From Chrysomallon squamiferum (Eukaryota > Animalia > Mollusca), in the NCBI GenBank assembly GCA_012295275.1, contig CM022665.1:31248001-31312000 (forward strand): 64,000 nucleotides of DNA. The letters run 5' to 3'. Each line of letters starts with the position of its first letter. Position 1 is the stretch's first letter. Of the stretch, positions 59,374 to 64,000 are shown in pieces. Position numbers and translations under genes: made by a program. The notes under the pieces were generated by a model. The model was not told the DNA's origin. It worked only from the letters and a program-made list of their open reading frames with translations, and made no database searches.

Positions 59374-59627
59374 TAGATCCAGCATTTTTTGTGGGGATGG
59401 AAGAGAAATGGCCAATGTTTGCCTGCTTTAAGTTCTTTTTAAACAGTCCTCCTACTTATTAAGATTAATTATATAATAATTACATTGTATATATATATAT
59501 ATGTGTGTGTATATATATATATATAATAAAATCTATATAGTGGATCCAGTGAGTTTTTTGGGATAGGAGAGTGATGGCTAATGTTCACCTTCTTTTGAGT
59601 TCTTACTGAACACTTCTCCTACTTTAA
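59374..59627. repeat. Diverged direct duplication (~85-nt core) separated by (AT)n
   Basis: gatccag...gggat.g.agag..atggc.aatgtt..cct.cttt.agttctt...aaca...ctcctactt at about 59374-59460 and 59541-59627. Confidence 0.75.
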
Positions 59628-60915
59628 CAAAAGAAATTTATACTACAACACTTACATAATAATAATAATAATAATTTTAAAATAATAATAATAAAATATA
59701 TAACATACATAAAAGCCAAAAGAGTTACTTATGTTGAAAAAGAAAATAATGTGGCTGCCATTAATATATATATATGTAAACAAAACATTTACAAAGTCAT
59801 CTGCAAAAACATGCCTGGTGTTTTAATTTGGAAAAGTTGAGAAAATATTCCTCAATGCTGATAGTAAAAAATAAAAGAAAGCTGTGAGTACAAATTAGAC
59901 TAATATTATTATAATACATGTCAGGTCTGTAGTCATCTTTTTAAACAGAAAAGTAAAAAGAAATTGTAAAAAGATGTTTAACACACACTGACCTTCTACC
60001 ATGTGTCATTCAAATTTTCAATCATTTGTGTTTTCATCAGTCATTCAAGATATCAGTAAATAAAAACATGCTAGCATGTTAAAACACATGTTTATAAAAA
60101 TTCAAACTTCATAATTAACTACAAATTAGTTTTCTTAATCTACACACATATTTTAAGTCTAAATACACTTGAGTATCTAGTTATGTTTTAAAAATTTAGT
60201 ATATGAATAGAAAATATTTTGGCTTAACAAGAACCTGTGTTTGAGGTAAAGTATAAAAATATATGAATATAAAAATGTAACATGTTGTTTTTTAAATTAA
60301 AAAGCAAAATAAAACTAATCTTAATAATGTTTTTACAATAAGTGAACAAAATTAAAAACATTTGTATAAAAAAAAAAAAATAAAAAAAATGTTTTTGGTG
60401 TTTTTCCTTCTTTTCCAAAAATAAGATATAATGCTCTGCATGTTTTTATAAAGAAGATAAAGTTATGGAGGGAAAAAAAAAAGACAGAACTAACCTACTG
60501 TGTTAAGATGAACAAGACTTGAAATTCTGCCTTTTAACAAACTGAACAAATATAAAGGTTTTAAAAACACAATAATTTTTAAAGACTGGTCAAATTTTTA
60601 TTTAAACGAGTAAATGGCTTCTTCATCCAAATTTGGCCATTGTCACCATTCATATTAAATCACTTCTAGACAGTAAAAAGTCACACTGAAGAACTTTCAG
60701 TTGAAAACCAGCACATGTTGTCAAAAATGAGGAAAATTCAAAATCAATGTTCAGATAATGGTAGAGATGAGGTCTTCTGTTAAGTCTGGCTCATTCTCTG
60801 TGTAATGTGGTTTTATAAAGATTCTTTAACAAAACAATTTTGAGCAGAATGCTGGTCACATCTTCACAATGACGATGATGATAAAAAATGTACTGCTGCT
60901 GTGGAAGATGCTGGA

Positions 60916-63904
60916 TTAGATGGGTTTGCTGTTTCCATCTTCAGGGACTGCAGCACCATCTTCATTTGTCATCACAGTGACAAGTGTTCCCACCTCTTTT
61001 CCCACCTGACCCGCCAGGTGAAACAGATTGCCAACATTGTTTGGACCTGTGGGATTTCAAATATAAAAATGATTTAATTTATTTCTAGTTTAATTCTTTT
61101 GTAATACCATTATTTATGTAAAAAATTATATTTCATGTTAAGATTAAAATTAATATCAGTTCTTTTTATAGATTTCAGGATGATAAATTTATAACTGAAT
61201 GAAAAAAAAAGATATATATAATAAAAAAAAAAGATATTAATAATAAATGGATTAATATTAATATCTTGAAGCAGAAAAGCAAAATTTTACCTTTAGTTCT
61301 ATCAGCATTGTAAGCACTACCATCTCCAATAATCTCACTCAATTCATCATCATGTCCAGAGTTCATTAGATTTGATCCTAAATAAGTAAATTAATTTTCT
61401 AAATAAATAAATTAACTGTCTTTTTGTCAAAAATAATACAAATTTATCAGTGGTTTCATGTTAAAAGTCACTATTTGAAAAGTGCTGGATTATATAATTC
61501 AGACACATTTAAGAAATAACATCATCAATTTTCTGGAAAGAATGACAAAATTGCTAACCATAAAAATATTTACAATTACAAAATACCTAAAAATCAAAGA
61601 GACATTAGAGATTATTTGTCTTGGATTTATAAATTAATACTGTCAGTATGAATATCTGTTGGGAAATCGCCTTAAACACATCACAGTGTAATAAATAAAA
61701 AGTTCTAAACAAATGTCACACTTGATTCATATAAAAACATTTCAGTATAAATAATAATACAGGATCTATATTACAAACAAGTTGTTCATCTCTTTTACTT
61801 TATTGTCAGTTCTAAACAAAAGTAAAAGAACTCTAATTAAAGATTATGAATACTGAAATTCTATTAATATTATCAACACAAGTTTTAATACTGTAAAAAA
61901 TGTTTTATTGTTTTTAAAATTAACATACCTGACACATGGCCATTCCCATTCATTTGTGGGGTGGATTCCAGATTTGGTGTGAAGCGGTATCGCACTGGAC
62001 CACCCTGCAGAGAACTCACTGAGGAGGAGGGTGTGGTCATTGGACTCTCCCGATACGAGGAGTTCATTGACACAGGGGTGCGAGGATCTTGTGGCTGGAA
62101 TAATAATAATAAAACGAATTATAATAATTGTTGTAACAGCAGTGGTAGTACTATACCAGTAGTAGTATTAGTATGTGAAAGGTAGAAGCAGCAGTAGTAG
62201 CAATAATAGTAGTAATAGTATTTGTAGTAGCAACAGATGTAGTGTTAGTATTAATAATAGAAGTAATATTTTGTACATCAGTGATATGATGAAACAGTTA
62301 TTTGTTTGCTTGTTTTTTCCAGAAATTTCAGGATATTTAGTAGAAAGAAAATATTAAAATTTAAATATATAAAATAATTTCTTGATTATGAATCAGTGAA
62401 AATTTAGAACAAAATAAAAAAATACAAGTGAAAAAACTTATGAAGCCTACCTTGACTTTTACAACCATGTTTGAGCTGCACTGATCACAGATGAAAAACT
62501 TTCGCAACTTAAAACAATATTCTTATACTTGTTTTTGAAACCCTGCTGAGACTTATCTTAAAACTGCTCATCTTTAGCAGAAATGAGTGAAAATATCTCA
62601 ACAGAAAAACAAATTATTTTTTTATCTTTCATGTAAAAAGATTCTTCATCTGACCCATGCTGCTCTTCAAGACACTAACAAAGGTTACTGAGTTTGGGAG
62701 ATAAAAAAAAAATCCCCAAGAGTCAGGTTACGAGGGTGATAACTCTATGTGTTCATCATGCTTGATTTAATTAGAAATTCTAAGTGTAACTTGAGAATCT
62801 GAACTGTAGACTCAACATAGTTATATTAACTGCTGTGATGTGTTTTAATTTTGTTCATGGTGCTGTGACACACACAAAACAAGACTAAACAGAATAAAGG
62901 TAAAAAAAAAAAAAAAAAAAAAAAAAAATGGTAGATAATTCAAACTTTATAATTTGAATGGTTGCCAAGTTTTTAGATAAATCCAAATTAAATTAACAAT
63001 TAGAAACTCTTGAATGTTATTGAATGTTATGTATAATTACTTTTAGTTTAAAACAAGTCCTTGAAAGTAAATGGGGTTTATTTATTTAATTTTGTTCATG
63101 TTATTTTTTTAAATTATCAAATTATAAGTTGGAAATTGGAAATATTAAGTAAACTTATTATTCAATGTAAAAATATTAATTAACTGATCTGTGTGATATG
63201 AATGAATTATAACTTTTGTAAAATAAATTAACAAACCTAATCTACATGGTATAACTAATTTTAATTTGAACTGTAGTAAAGAAAATTAACTAAACTGATA
63301 TATGTGGTATGAACAAATTTTAACTTGAACTTTTGTAAAGTTAACTAACCTGATCTAAAAGCTGCCTTAAACGCTGTAACTGGGCTTCAAGTTGACGATT
63401 GTGGTCCTCCAAAATCCTCATTCTGGCTTCAAGCCTTCCCTTATGTTGCCGTAGCAACTTAGCCTCAGCAATCATTTCCTCATCTCTGCTTGTGTTGCTG
63501 TCACCATCTTCTGATCTTGCTACGCTGTCTTCGTGGGTGTTGTTCACTTCACGTAGTCTGTCATACTCAGCTTGTAATGTTCTAGTGAAGATTAAAAAAC
63601 AAAACATTTTTAAACAATATTTATTTCTTGTTGTTTTGTTTAGTTAACAATTTTGCTATGAACAGTGATACAGGTATATAAATTATGAAACTTGGTTAAA
63701 AAAATTTATGTTCTGAATTTGATTTGTAAGAAGTTAAATTTTTAGTACAAATATCCTGTGATTCAACAATCAAAGACAGACTTGTATTAGAAATGATTAA
63801 ACTAATACTTACTTGTTTTCTTCCTCCAAATCTTTGATCATGGCTTCCAGTTCTGAACGCTGCTCAGAATCAACAGCCATCATAATCTGCATTGGACTTT
63901 TCAG
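60916..63904 (-). CDS. DMD: Dystrophin (dystrophin/utrophin family), last five coding exons; gene continues beyond the window
   Basis: Exons 63813-63904 ([28 protein letters not shown]), 63350-63581 (LQAEYDRL...[37 protein letters not shown], coiled coil), 61929-62094, 61291-61377, 60916-61046 ([28 protein letters not shown]...PI*). GT-AG, phases compatible. Confidence 0.93.
62440..62750 (-). mobile_element. Possible decayed mariner transposase fragment in dystrophin intron
   Basis: Minus-strand fragments [11 protein letters not shown] and [12 protein letters not shown] resemble mariner YSPDLAPxDFxLFPKLK and downstream helix; heavily degenerate. Confidence 0.3.
63175..63358. repeat. ~58-nt tandem repeat x3 running into a dystrophin splice donor
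   Basis: Recurring ttaact.a.ctgatcta..tggtat.aac.aattttaa.ttgaac units, last one overlapping the exon end at 63350. Confidence 0.75.
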
Positions 63905-64000
63905 CTGAAATAATAACAATAATCAATTACAAAACAATCACGTAGAAATGGAAATTATTTGTCCTTCAATAAAGTATTTATGTATTACTTACTTAGTATT

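Overview
AT-rich, intron-rich animal genomic DNA, not prokaryotic (probably a lophotrochozoan/mollusc; inferred from protein similarity and composition). Manual splicing at GT-AG sites gives four genes: (1) cytosolic acetyl-CoA acetyltransferase ACAT2, + strand, 8 exons 768-5739, first coding exon not found in the window; (2) complete myosin VI, - strand, 30 constitutive coding exons 37230->11718, about 1245 aa, probable non-coding first exon near 46663-46850; (3) complete mitochondrial ornithine transcarbamylase OTC, + strand, 10 exons 50133-56094, 366 aa; (4) the last five coding exons of dystrophin, - strand, 63904->60916. Most ORFs in the supplied track are spurious or exon-plus-intron read-through. 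Notable candidates: cassette microexons in myosin VI (15 nt GGGIL in the motor transducer, 15 nt ETSRS at the small-insert position, a 20-nt stop-containing exon, a 19-nt 5'UTR exon), an in-frame duplicated myosin VI C-terminus with its own acceptor, tandem duplications of splice junctions in all four genes, a ubiquitin-like -MRGG tail on OTC, OTC-dystrophin and ACAT2-MYO6 linkage, and a decayed integrase-before-RT Gypsy relic. No clearly new multi-gene system is evident; the microexon set is the best lead and needs RNA evidence.
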